Source of the DNA: Bacteroidia bacterium
Lineage (GTDB): Bacteria; Bacteroidota; Bacteroidia; M30B66
Assembly (NCBI GenBank): GCA_965279035.1
Contig: OZ257142.1
Coordinates: 1,568,001 to 1,632,000, forward strand
DNA length: 64,000 bases
Reading direction: 5' to 3'
Part shown: positions 51,632 to 61,342 of the stretch, piece after piece
Position numbering within the stretch: the stretch's first letter is position 1
Layout: the number at the start of each line of letters is the position of its first letter
The notes under the pieces: model-generated
What the model saw: the letters and a program-made list of their open reading frames with translations, nothing else
Database searches by the model: none
What the model was told of the DNA's origin: nothing
Position numbers and translations under genes: made by a program

Positions 51632-52064
51632 AAGATTAAATTAATTAAATATTTAAACCCGTTGTGCGGTTAAAAATTAAATATAATCTTCAATAATGTT
51701 AATCGCATATGTCAATTTTGAACACTAGAGAAAGGCTTTTAAATAAAATTATTTTAAAGTAAAATTAGGTTTAAAATGGATCAGTGCGATGGCATTGTCT
51801 GGGCGGCGAGGGTGTGTTTCGACATTGATTAGAAAAAAGAATGTCCGAGCAGAATGGTCGAAAAATAGCCCTGTGCGCATGCAGCATCGTCCAGACTTGA
51901 ACTTCTTTGGTTACTTTCTTGTTTCAAGACAAGAAAGTAATACGTTGTAGACAAACATGTATGATTTATTAACAAGATGCATTTATAGCCTTATTTCATT
52001 GATTGATATGAAAAAATAAATTGATAATTCAACCGCACAATACGTAAATATTTAATTTAATCTT
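51632..52064. mobile_element. Putative MITE-like unit with imperfect terminal inverted repeats enclosing copy 2 of the structured element
   Basis: AAGATTAAATT..AAATATTTA..TTGTGCGGTT (51632-51671) inverted versus AACCGCACAA..TAAATATTTAATTTAATCTT (52031-52064); no TSD seen. Confidence 0.45.
51781..52040 (+). ncRNA. Dispersed structured non-coding element, copy 2
   Basis: Inverted homolog of 5185-5436; hairpin 51911-51940, pseudoknot 51896-51901 with loop 51923-51928, stem 51817-51823/51857-51863. Confidence 0.7.
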
Positions 52065-52101
52065 AAGGAAAAAACCTATTAAGAAATATACATAAAATTA
52101 T

Positions 52102-53472
52102 CACACCCGTCCAAGACGTTTTAAAATAGGGTAAAAAAATAGAGTTGGTCCGGATTAAATCCGGTATGTTTGAGTTACGACACAAAAACATAAACCAACT
52201 CCGGCATGAAGATCACATTATTTGCTCAGATATTCCAAAAAATTAAGCGAGATTCTTTCAATAAACTAGTAGAAAAGTTTGAGTCCAATAAACATTGTAA
52301 AGGCAATGATGCTTGGTCTCACTTTGTGACAATGGTTTTTTGCCAGTTTTCCAAGTCTAATAGCTTAAATGACGTTTGCAATGGAATGCGATCAGCAACA
52401 GGCGATTTAAATCATCTGGGAGTGTCAAAAGCCATGAGGCGATCATCGTTGGCATATAATAACCAACATCGCAACTGGGAGCTGTTTCAAGCGATGTATT
52501 TTAACTTGTATGAGCAGTTTGAATCAACCTTAAAAACAAGCCGAAAGCTGCTTCCCAAACGTAAAATCTATCTGCTCGATTCAACCACGATTGACCTTTG
52601 TCTTAAAGTGTTCGACTGGGCACTATTTCGAAAGAAGAAGGGAGCTATAAAACTTCACACAGTCCTTGACTTTGACGGCTGTATGCCCGTTTTTGCTGAT
52701 TTGAGTGATGGCAAAAAGCACGATGTAAATGCAGCACATGATATTGAATTTCCCACAGGAAGCATTGTTGTAGCTGATAGAGGATATGTCGATTTTAACT
52801 GGATGAGAAAATTAGATGAACAAGGAGTATTCTTTGTTATTCGAGGAAAAGAAAACATTCAGTTTGAACTTTATGAGCGAACTAAGAGCCCAACCGATGA
52901 AGCAAATCCAGACTTGCAATACGACTGGAAAGGCTTTTTGAGTTTACCTCAATCAAAAGAAAAATACCCGCAAAAGCTCCGAATGGTTCAGATCTGGGAT
53001 GAAGAACAACAGATATATCTTGAACTTCTTACAAACAATTTTTCTTGGACAGCATCGACCATTTCAGAACTATATAAACGTAGATGGAGCATCGAATCGT
53101 TCTTCAAGGAGATCAAAACACACCTGAAAATCAAGTCTTTCATAGGAACCAGCATGAATGCTGTTCTGATACAGATTTGGACAGCACTAATCACCATACT
53201 GCTTTTAAAGACACTTCAAAAGGAAGCAAAACACTCTTGGCACCTCTCAAATTTGGTGTCCTTTATTCGATTAAATCTCTTTGTGAAAATTGACCTCAAA
53301 AAATGGCTTGATAAACCCTTTTTAGATGATGACGAAATTGATAAACTGGAATTACAAATGTCCCTTTTTTAAATTATAGAGGGTTTAATTTTCAAAAGAG
53401 CGTTCTTTGATGAGTAATCTCGCATCAAATCAGGATTGTATTTTCGTTATACAAACGTCTTGGACGGGTGTG
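52102..53472 (+). mobile_element. Complete IS4-family insertion sequence (1371 bp)
   Basis: Perfect 20-bp TIR CACACCCGTCCAAGACGTTT (52102-52121 / 53453-53472); 9-bp TSD TAAAATTAT (52093-52101, 53473-53481). Confidence 0.97.
52206..53372 (+). CDS. IS4-family transposase (DUF4372 + DDE_Tnp_1)
   Basis: LLDSTTI, KLH, ADRGY, YKRRWSIESFFK (YREK motif). Confidence 0.96.
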   Translation: MKITLFAQIFQKIKRDSFNKLVEKFESNKHCKGNDAWSHFVTMVFCQFSKSNSLNDVCNGMRSATGDLNHLGVSKAMRRSSLAYNNQHRNWELFQAMYFNLYEQFESTLKTSRKLLPKRKIYLLDSTTIDLCLKVFDWALFRKKKGAIKLHTVLDFDGCMPVFADLSDGKKHDVNAAHDIEFPTGSIVVADRGYVDFNWMRKLDEQGVFFVIRGKENIQFELYERTKSPTDEANPDLQYDWKGFLSLPQSKEKYPQKLRMVQIWDEEQQIYLELLTNNFSWTASTISELYKRRWSIESFFKEIKTHLKIKSFIGTSMNAVLIQIWTALITILLLKTLQKEAKHSWHLSNLVSFIRLNLFVKIDLKKWLDKPFLDDDEIDKLELQMSLF

Positions 53473-53763
53473 TAAAATTATGATTAATTTTCAAATTTGG
53501 ATTGTTTAGATCAACTTATAAGCAACTTACATGAATGGCATCAAAATAAAATCAGAACATTAAGAATAAAATTGACTGGTGGATGTACTCAATTCCAGTA
53601 CTATTCATTCTTACCATTATTTTATACCTAATTGTCTAATCAAGGCTAAACAACTTGGGTATTTTTCAAGGATATGTCATATCTATTTTCTTATTATATT
53701 CGACTAAACAAATTGTCTCTTTTATTTTCCAAAACTCATTTGCTCACTTATAAAATACTAATA

Positions 53764-54732
53764 ATGAAAAAACTAATAACACTATTTCTACTTTTTATTT
53801 GTGGAATTAGTAAAGGACAAAATCTAATTCCAAATCCGAGTTTTGAAGATACTGCAAATGTATCTTGTGGTATTTTTCTTGTAAACGATTTTAATTCTTC
53901 TATTAATTATTGGAATAATCCCACGCAAGGTACTCCAGACATTTATACAACAAATGTTGATCCTTCTTGTTGGAATTATCAGCCAAATAGCACTTATGGT
54001 GGTCCCATAGGTTTAAAAGGAACACAACTTCCACGAACAGGAGATGTATTTGCTGGATTTGGTTGTTATACTATTCATAATTTAAATCAAAGAGAATATA
54101 TTCAATCTCCTTTGGTTAGTCCATAAATTTCAGGTAATTCTTATTATGTTGAATTTTATGTTTCTTTAGCCGATAATGTGGAAAAGTATACCGATAAATT
54201 GGGTGCTTATTTTTCAGAAACACCAATAACTTCAATTAATGACCAACCTTTGGAATATATTCCTCAAATAACAGCTACTTCATTTGTTTTAGAAACTTCC
54301 CAATGGGTAAAAATTTCGGGTGTCATTCAAGCAACTTCAGCATTTAACTATATAACTATTGGAAATTTTTATGATGACGCCAATACATCAACTATGGATA
54401 ATCCAGGGAGTAGTGGTGCGCCTGGTTGCTATGGCTCATATTATTATATTGATGATATCTCAGTTTCTGATGTAACTGGTTTCAATGAACTAGATAATCT
54501 TCTTGTTGCTACACTTTACCCAAATCCTTTTGCAAACAGATTGACAATTACCATAAGTAATAATATACCAAGTGTTATTATTATTTACGATCTTTCTTCT
54601 AGAATACTTTTACAACAATCATTTACAGAATCAACAACAATAAATACAGATCATTTAGCAAATGGAATTTATTTATTCGAAATTCAAAATATAAATGGAA
54701 TTATTAAGATTGGAAAGATAATTAAGGAATGA
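53764..54732 (+). pseudogene. T9SS type A protein with single in-frame nonsense codon (TAA 54124-54126)
   Basis: MKKLITL...GQNLIPNPSFE...REYIQSPLVSP*ISGNSYYVEFYVSLA...YYYIDDISV...LYPNPF; both track ORFs are in the same frame. Confidence 0.88.
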
Positions 54733-55047
54733 TGAAAGCACTAGAAATAAATGATAAAATCCAATAAATCTTTAGAATCAAAACAGGCAATTCAATTTGT
54801 CTTACTTTGAAAATTCTATATTCCAATCATCAATTCTGAATCATCTCATTCCGTTTATTGATTCTTTTATAACAGCTGAATATAATCAAGATATCCTTTC
54901 AATTCCTTGAAATCAGTTCATTGATTCCAATTTTTAATATTTACACGTTTCAATCCTTTTAGATAGTTTGAACATTTGTTTACGCGCATAATCAAGTAAT
55001 TAATGCTAACTATGAAATATTCACAAATAGCTTTTGAACTTTTAATT

Positions 55048-55055
55048 TATATTTG
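55048..55055 (+). promoter_or_regulatory. Bacteroidota -7 promoter element
   Basis: TATATTTG 20 nt upstream of ATG 55076. Confidence 0.55.
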
Positions 55056-55075
55056 AAACCCCAATACTAAATAAA

Positions 55076-55486
55076 ATGACAAAACAAATATTTATCAATT
55101 TTGCAGTTAAAGACCTAAAAAAATCGATGGATTTCTATACTGCTATAGGTTTTACTAACAATCCTCAATTTTCGGATGACTCAGGAAAGTGTATGGTGTG
55201 GAGTGAAAACATTTTTGTGATGATTATGACACACGAAAAGTTTGCTGGATTTGCAACCAAACCTATTGCAGACACAAAAGCTGGATTAGCAGGACTATTT
55301 TCATTATCGGTTGAAAGTGTTGACGAAGTGAACAAAATTGTAAATGATGGATTGAAAGCAGGTGGTATTGAACCAACCGAAATGAAAGATTATGGTTTTA
55401 TGCAACAACGTACCATAGAAGATTTAGACGGACATACATGGGAAATATTTTACATGGACATGACTAAATTCCCTACTCAACAATAA
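55076..55486 (+). CDS. VOC/glyoxalase family protein
   Basis: IFINFAVKDL, NPQFSD, DYGFM, DLDGHTWE. Confidence 0.9.
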   Translation: MTKQIFINFAVKDLKKSMDFYTAIGFTNNPQFSDDSGKCMVWSENIFVMIMTHEKFAGFATKPIADTKAGLAGLFSLSVESVDEVNKIVNDGLKAGGIEPTEMKDYGFMQQRTIEDLDGHTWEIFYMDMTKFPTQQ

Positions 55487-55510
55487 AATAAACAAACTGA
55501 ATAAATTCAC

Positions 55511-55933
55511 ATGGCACTTATTAATATTCACATCAACTTCAATGGAAATGCCGAAGAAGCATTCACATTTTACAAATCAGTATTTGGTGGTGAATTTTCA
55601 AAAATTATACGCTTCAAAGACCTTGCAGGCCCTGAATTTCCAGTAGCAGAAAGTGAAGCAAATAAAATCATGCACATTGCTTTACCTATTGGAAAAAACG
55701 TTTTAATGGCGAATGATGTTCCTGAGATTATGGGAAGAACAAACGAAAATGAACATCGAAGTAAAATTTCAGTAAGTGCAGAAAGTAAAGAAGAAGCCGA
55801 TATATTATTTAATGGACTTTCGGCAGGTGGGCAAATAGAAATGCCTATGGAGGACAGTCCCTGGGGTACATATTTCGGAATGTTTAGAGACAAATATGGA
55901 ATTGAATGGATGATTGAATTTAGTTCAATCTAG
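55511..55933 (+). CDS. VOC family protein (PhnB-like)
   Basis: FNGNAEEAFTFYKSVFGG, IMHIAL, WGTYFGMFRDKYGIEWM. Confidence 0.9.
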   Translation: MALINIHINFNGNAEEAFTFYKSVFGGEFSKIIRFKDLAGPEFPVAESEANKIMHIALPIGKNVLMANDVPEIMGRTNENEHRSKISVSAESKEEADILFNGLSAGGQIEMPMEDSPWGTYFGMFRDKYGIEWMIEFSSI

Positions 55934-56118
55934 TTAGGGCAATTTTAACAGAACTATAATTTTGAACTTATGTAAGCTCAACTAAAGCTTGTTTTCTGTT
56001 GTTGATAATGAATCAATTTTTTTTGATACAGCAATTCAATTAGTCATCATACAAAAAAAATAATTCATCAAATTTGTATGCATCGTCGATTTAATTATTT
56101 GACGATTTCATTAAAAAA

Positions 56119-56685
56119 ATGGAACGACACGAATACTTTAATTTATTTTATCCGATTAGCGTAGCTGATTATGATTTATTGACCAAGAATCTGAAAACAA
56201 AAACTTTTAAGAAAGGTGAATTCATAACGGTTCCAGGACAAATCCAACATGAACTTTATTTTGTGAAAAGTGGTGTTCAAATGTCATTTTTTGATTCAGA
56301 CAAAAAAACGCATGTGATTGCTTTTACCTATTCACCTAACCTATGTGCAATTCCTGAATCATTTTCATTTCAAACACCTTCCAAGTATTTTTTGACCTGT
56401 CTTACCGATAGTGAATTGGAATACATCACGTTTGAGGAACTTCAAAAACTATTTGACCAATCGCAGCAAATTGAGCGACTATTCAGACGAATGACAGAAG
56501 CAGTTTTAGCTGGTATGATTAATCGACATAGTGAGTTACACTCACAGAGTATTGAAGAACGATATAAAGCTTTTTGCCAAAGAAGCCCGCATTTACTTCA
56601 ACTTGTGCCACACAAATACATAGCATCCTATTTAGGAATTGACCCAACAAACTTTAGTAAACTTTTTAATACCATTCAATTTTAA
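56119..56685 (+). CDS. Crp/Fnr-family regulator (cNMP-binding domain + HTH)
   Basis: LYFVKSG, EERY..F, VPHKYIASYLGI. Confidence 0.9.
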   Translation: MERHEYFNLFYPISVADYDLLTKNLKTKTFKKGEFITVPGQIQHELYFVKSGVQMSFFDSDKKTHVIAFTYSPNLCAIPESFSFQTPSKYFLTCLTDSELEYITFEELQKLFDQSQQIERLFRRMTEAVLAGMINRHSELHSQSIEERYKAFCQRSPHLLQLVPHKYIASYLGIDPTNFSKLFNTIQF

Positions 56686-56687
56686 TA

Positions 56688-56701
56688 TTGGTATAAACCA
56701 A
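56688..56701. promoter_or_regulatory. Palindromic operator candidate
   Basis: TTGGT-ATAA-ACCAA directly after the Crp stop and upstream of the hydrolase. Confidence 0.55.
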
Positions 56702-56760
56702 GTTTTATATTCTTCACCCTTCCGAGCTTTGCCTTAATTATTGAATTAAATAATATCATT

Positions 56761-57636
56761 ATGGCAAATCGCTGGCTCGATAAATCAGAGTATCCTTTTA
56801 CTTCTATGTATTTTGATATCAATGGGAATAAATTGCATTACATTGATGAGGGGAAAGGAGAAGTACTTTTGTTTGTTCACGGAACACCGTCTTGGAGCTT
56901 TGATTATCGTAACGTAATTAAAACGCTAAAAGATAATTATAGATGTATTGCTATTGACCATATTGGTTTTGGACTTTCTGATAAGCCCGAACAGTACGAT
57001 TATTCGACACAAAATCACAGCAAAACACTTGAAAAATTTGTACTTGAGAAACAGTTGAATAACATTACACTTATTGTTCACGATTTTGGTGGTCCTATCG
57101 GATTAAATTTTGCCATTCAACATCCCGAGAAAATTAGAAACATGATCATATTAAACTCTTGGCTTTGGAGCAGTAAAAATGATCCTGATTTTATCAAGTT
57201 AAGCAAGATATTGAAAAGCCCAATTCTGCCATTTCTTTATCGATATCTCAATTTTTCTCCTAAATTTATTTTACCTAAATCGTTTGGTGATCATAAACTA
57301 TCTAAAAATCTATTAACACAATACACCAAACCATTTGCTAATAAAACTCAACGTAATGGAGCTTTAGCATTTGCTAAGTCTTTACTAAATGATCAAGAGT
57401 GGTTTGAAGAACTTTGGAATAAACGACAAATAATTTCAGAAAAACCAACTTTATTTATTTGGGGAATGAAGGATGCCGTTATTAAACCACATCATCTAGC
57501 AAAGTTTCAAAGTGGATTTACTAACTCTACCTCACTAAAACTCGATACTAGCGGACATTTTCCTCAGGAAGAACAACCTGAAAAAGTGATAAAAACTATT
57601 TTGAATTTCTTAGATTTAAAATATCCTCTAAAGTAA
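56761..57636 (+). CDS. Alpha/beta hydrolase, haloalkane dehalogenase-like
   Basis: YIDEG, HGTPSWS, DHIGFGLSDKP, VHDFGG, WGMKD, GHFPQEE. Confidence 0.88.
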   Translation: MANRWLDKSEYPFTSMYFDINGNKLHYIDEGKGEVLLFVHGTPSWSFDYRNVIKTLKDNYRCIAIDHIGFGLSDKPEQYDYSTQNHSKTLEKFVLEKQLNNITLIVHDFGGPIGLNFAIQHPEKIRNMIILNSWLWSSKNDPDFIKLSKILKSPILPFLYRYLNFSPKFILPKSFGDHKLSKNLLTQYTKPFANKTQRNGALAFAKSLLNDQEWFEELWNKRQIISEKPTLFIWGMKDAVIKPHHLAKFQSGFTNSTSLKLDTSGHFPQEEQPEKVIKTILNFLDLKYPLK

Positions 57637-58642
57637 TTCCTCCTTGAATAAAGATTTTCATTTTATAGTCACTGTTTAATTTATCCAAGAGCCTAGCCAT
57701 GTTGAATCCTGTAGCATAAAAGTAGGTTGTTTTAGTTGTTTGATATAACCAAGGATCATTTTCAATTCGATAATTTTGATATTGTTTAAATGCATGAAAC
57801 GAAGTATCCGATTGCTGTAATTTTTCTTCTCCATGCAGTTGAGAAAATTTAGTATAAAGACTATACTCTACATAACGCGCTGTTCCTTCCATCGTTTCAT
57901 AACACGATTCGTACTTTGCGATATCAAAAAGCAGATTTTTCTTTGTCAATGCTCTGCGTTCTTCTCTTAATGCAAAGAATTTAGTAATGATTAAATTGGT
58001 TTTTATACGATCAGTTTCATTGATTGCTTGAAGTAATAAATCGTTTTCTTGATCTATGCTTTCTTTAAACCAGGGATTATTTTTATAGATTGAGATTAAA
58101 CTGTCAGGCTGAATTTGAACTATGTTTTTTTCGTAAAAATCAATATATGCTGGATGTTTATATTGAAATCCATGGAAATATTCATGTATAATCATCGTGG
58201 TCCATTGTTCGGTTGATTTTACTACTGGAATTGCTTTTTTAGTCAACTCAAAACTACTGCATTTCATAAAAGGTGAATGGTAATCATATTCATCTGTAGT
58301 ATCACCTAAACTCATTCCTGTTTCCATGTGGAATGGAATACTGTCGAGTAATTTCCCCGTTTTATAGATGCTTAAATTTCCGTTTTCATAAACCAAATTG
58401 GGATGAAAAATCGATTTGAATTTTTCTGTTGGATTGGCTATATAGGATGTTGAATCTGTATAATAAATGAGTGGAACATCGAACTCTTTTTGATTGAACG
58501 TTTTCCAAACATCCTGATTTATTCTTTCTTTTAATTGATATACAAATTCAATTCTATCAATGATTTTCTGATCAACCTTTGATTTATTTTCACTACAAGA
58601 AAATACTATGAATGAGAATACAATCAACAGGATATTTTTCAT
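57596..58642 (-). CDS. Lipoprotein, putative zinc metallopeptidase
   Basis: Lipobox VFSC; IHEYFH (HExxH) and downstream MEGTARY. Confidence 0.65.
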   Translation of the reverse strand: MKNILLIVFSFIVFSCSENKSKVDQKIIDRIEFVYQLKERINQDVWKTFNQKEFDVPLIYYTDSTSYIANPTEKFKSIFHPNLVYENGNLSIYKTGKLLDSIPFHMETGMSLGDTTDEYDYHSPFMKCSSFELTKKAIPVVKSTEQWTTMIIHEYFHGFQYKHPAYIDFYEKNIVQIQPDSLISIYKNNPWFKESIDQENDLLLQAINETDRIKTNLIITKFFALREERRALTKKNLLFDIAKYESCYETMEGTARYVEYSLYTKFSQLHGEEKLQQSDTSFHAFKQYQNYRIENDPWLYQTTKTTYFYATGFNMARLLDKLNSDYKMKIFIQGGITLEDILNLRNSK

Positions 58643-58746
58643 TTAATTTAAAATAAAGAATGATATAAAACAATTCACATTCATAGATACTTAATTCATT
58701 TTATTATGTGGTTTGTAATTTATTTCTCAATTTAAAAACCCACTTA

Positions 58747-59094
58747 TCATTTCTTCTTTGCGATGTATTCATCATTCCGACTTAATAATCGCCACCATTC
58801 CGAATCATCCTCACGATAAGTTCGAATTGCACCGGCTCTAACGAGTATCTTCCGTAATTCATCATCCTCAAATCCACCCAAATGTTTCTTTAAGGTTTCG
58901 AATGAACGATCGGTGAAATTTTTATGACTCAGAAAATGCAATGCCGTTTGTTCCGCTTGAAACTCCGTTCTATTTTCTTCCCGAACACGTAATAACTCAT
59001 TTTTCAATTGTGCTTTTTGGGTGAAATAGGTGATCAATCCACCGACAATCGTACCTAAAAGTCCTGCTGATGCTGCAATAATCGTTTCAATCAT
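58747..59094 (-). CDS. Small membrane-anchored hypothetical protein
   Basis: N-terminal TM, coiled coil, RSFETLKKHLGGFEDDELRKILVRAGAIR. Confidence 0.7.
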   Translation of the reverse strand: MIETIIAASAGLLGTIVGGLITYFTQKAQLKNELLRVREENRTEFQAEQTALHFLSHKNFTDRSFETLKKHLGGFEDDELRKILVRAGAIRTYREDDSEWWRLLSRNDEYIAKKK

Positions 59095-59133
59095 TTTGTT
59101 GTTTCTGCTTTGATGATTGGTTGAAAATTCAAT

Positions 59134-59751
59134 TTAATGCACCCATTGTGATGTTTCAGAAACATTCCAAATGCCTTTTTCTTGGGTGAATAATACCGTT
59201 GAGCCTGTTCCGCAGAGGCCTGGACAAAGATCACGAATCATCAGTATTACTTTCTTTTTATCTCTCGAAAATAAAGGAACTGAGAAACTATACCAGTTTT
59301 TTGAATTCCCTAAATTAAATCCCAAACGCGCATTGTCCCAGTTGAAATTCTTTAATTTTTCTTTTTGAAAAAGCATGTCCTTGATATCATTTTGTGATAA
59401 ACACTTTTTCAATTCCATCGAATAAATTGTAATCAATCCATTCTCTTTTTCTTTCTTTTCTTCTTCCTCAATAAGCAAGGTTTTTAAAAAGGAGGAATCA
59501 TCTTGTGAAAGATCACATCGTGTTTCTGGTTCGAGCGAAAGTCCATAGTTTAAATTAAGATGCTTCAACAAAATAACGCGCTGCATAAAATCATAAATAG
59601 CTTGATTGGATGTGTCTATTTGTTGAACATGTTGGATTGAATTCAATGGCACAGAATCTTTTGTTTCCGCTAATTGAACATCATTCTTATGCTCTGAATG
59701 TTTACACGCAGAAAATAGAATTAGAATGAGATATACTGCAGGTTTTATCAT
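59134..59751 (-). CDS. Hypothetical lipoprotein
   Basis: Lipobox FSAC; FSVPLFS and CPGLCG motifs. Confidence 0.7.
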   Translation of the reverse strand: MIKPAVYLILILFSACKHSEHKNDVQLAETKDSVPLNSIQHVQQIDTSNQAIYDFMQRVILLKHLNLNYGLSLEPETRCDLSQDDSSFLKTLLIEEEEKKEKENGLITIYSMELKKCLSQNDIKDMLFQKEKLKNFNWDNARLGFNLGNSKNWYSFSVPLFSRDKKKVILMIRDLCPGLCGTGSTVLFTQEKGIWNVSETSQWVH

Positions 59752-61319
59752 TCCTCAGGTAAAGAATACCACTTCCTATAAAAACGATGGAGTAGGGTAG
59801 GAATCAATACAAGGAATAGTGCAAACCCAATAATTTCAGAAAGGAAAATGGCATGAGTCATCGCATCATAATCGAAAGGAGGAGAGTAGTTTGTTTGAGT
59901 TCGGTAATACTCTTCTTTCAACCCTTCATAATACATGGCTGTAATGATTATCGGAAGGAAATATATCATCCATGAAAATAAATTGATCGAAATTCCTGTG
60001 ATGATATTCCGCGTTTTATTTTGAAAAACTGAAAATGAAAGCACAGTGAAGACAAGTAAATAGAAAAAATAACAGCCATTAAGCGAATTACCATCACCCG
60101 ATGAAAATGCCATGATTAAACCTGTTAATACTGACAATAAAACGCTAGTCAATAAGCTCAAGAAAAATGCTTTTGGAGTTGAATGTCGGAAATTAAATAC
60201 GAGCAATACAATCACAAACGTGATATAAAACCAAACTCGAATTTGCCATTCTAAATCACTTTCATTAAAAATATGTTTTCGTTCATGTATATTCTCAAGA
60301 GACTCAGAAATATTAGAGGTTTTAAACCGATTTTGAATTCCATTCATTCCATAATAATTCCCATAATCATTTCCATAATAATTACTGTAATCATAATGCC
60401 TAGAATAAAAATATTTATCGGAAAGTTTCGACATTTCTTCCTTTAAAGGTCCTTCATCCGGTTTTTTATAATTTCGAATGACGAGGTTATATAAATCTTC
60501 CGATTGAAGAATGGGAATGCTCGAATAACTGGCAAGCCCTGGATCATTGATGAAAATATAACTCGGGCATTCGCTAAAATAATAGGTACTATCGTTGATC
60601 TGCACCAAACTATCCATCGACATTTTCTTGATTCTAAATTCAGAAGTATCAATTAAGCGATGCAATGGTGTATAATAGTAAACCCTGGAATTCTCCGATG
60701 AACTTGAAACAGTAGTATCAACTACCGGTGCTTCTTCAGAAACAGCACTTGGTTCCGTATATTCACCGATCACAGTATTTCCATTGTATCTTCCAATGGT
60801 TGAATTCAAAACAATTACCGTATCATTGGTCCATGAATGTGGTAATGAATCGTACGAAAGGGTACAAATCAATTCATTCATTCGGTTTAAATCCGTGGCT
60901 AATTCATCATCCGAATAAGCCATATTCGCTCTCCAACTCACAACAATGGAAGGCACATACGTGGTAGAAACAATGGTTCCTACGGCAATAAAATAGAGAA
61001 ACCAAGTCTTCAAGCGATTGAGTGCACTCGTTTGTCCAAATCGTTTAAAAACGTTGAATCGAAGAAGGAAAATCACCCACAATACAAGCCCAACAATTGC
61101 AATTAAACTCACAAAAACAACCCAAAGTGAAACATCGGAATCGCTTTTCGGTTCGTCGGGAACAATGAAACTAAAAAAGGCAGAAACTACCATAAACAGC
61201 ATTCCGAAATAGACAACCAAATGGGCTCTAGCTGACCATATTTCGGGAGAATGTTTAAGTAGATAATCGTCAAAACGATTGAGAAAGGAAGGGACAAAAG
61301 GTCGTTTACGCTGGTTCAT
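59748..61319 (-). CDS. Multi-pass membrane protein, putative ABC exporter permease
   Basis: 3 N-terminal TM, large extracytoplasmic loop, 5 C-terminal TM; follows ABC ATPase. Confidence 0.65.
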   Translation of the reverse strand: MNQRKRPFVPSFLNRFDDYLLKHSPEIWSARAHLVVYFGMLFMVVSAFFSFIVPDEPKSDSDVSLWVVFVSLIAIVGLVLWVIFLLRFNVFKRFGQTSALNRLKTWFLYFIAVGTIVSTTYVPSIVVSWRANMAYSDDELATDLNRMNELICTLSYDSLPHSWTNDTVIVLNSTIGRYNGNTVIGEYTEPSAVSEEAPVVDTTVSSSSENSRVYYYTPLHRLIDTSEFRIKKMSMDSLVQINDSTYYFSECPSYIFINDPGLASYSSIPILQSEDLYNLVIRNYKKPDEGPLKEEMSKLSDKYFYSRHYDYSNYYGNDYGNYYGMNGIQNRFKTSNISESLENIHERKHIFNESDLEWQIRVWFYITFVIVLLVFNFRHSTPKAFFLSLLTSVLLSVLTGLIMAFSSGDGNSLNGCYFFYLLVFTVLSFSVFQNKTRNIITGISINLFSWMIYFLPIIITAMYYEGLKEEYYRTQTNYSPPFDYDAMTHAIFLSEIIGFALFLVLIPTLLHRFYRKWYSLPEE

Positions 61320-61342
61320 TACAGGTAATTTACTGAATGCGT

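Noticed and set aside
53490-53640. Hydrophobic peptide fragment (KNKIDWWMYSIPVLFILTIILYLIV*) beside the IS
   Set aside because: Too short and no convincing start; cannot be supported as a gene remnant
3349-54126. Stop-codon reassignment explaining two in-frame TAAs
   Set aside because: TAA terminates many conserved genes here at their expected ends (e.g. yajC, holA, amn)
3729-61212. Many short antisense or alternate-frame ORFs in the track (e.g. 3729..4109, 17676..18143, 35071..35424, 55570..55893)
   Set aside because: Shadows of well-supported genes, with no motifs of their own
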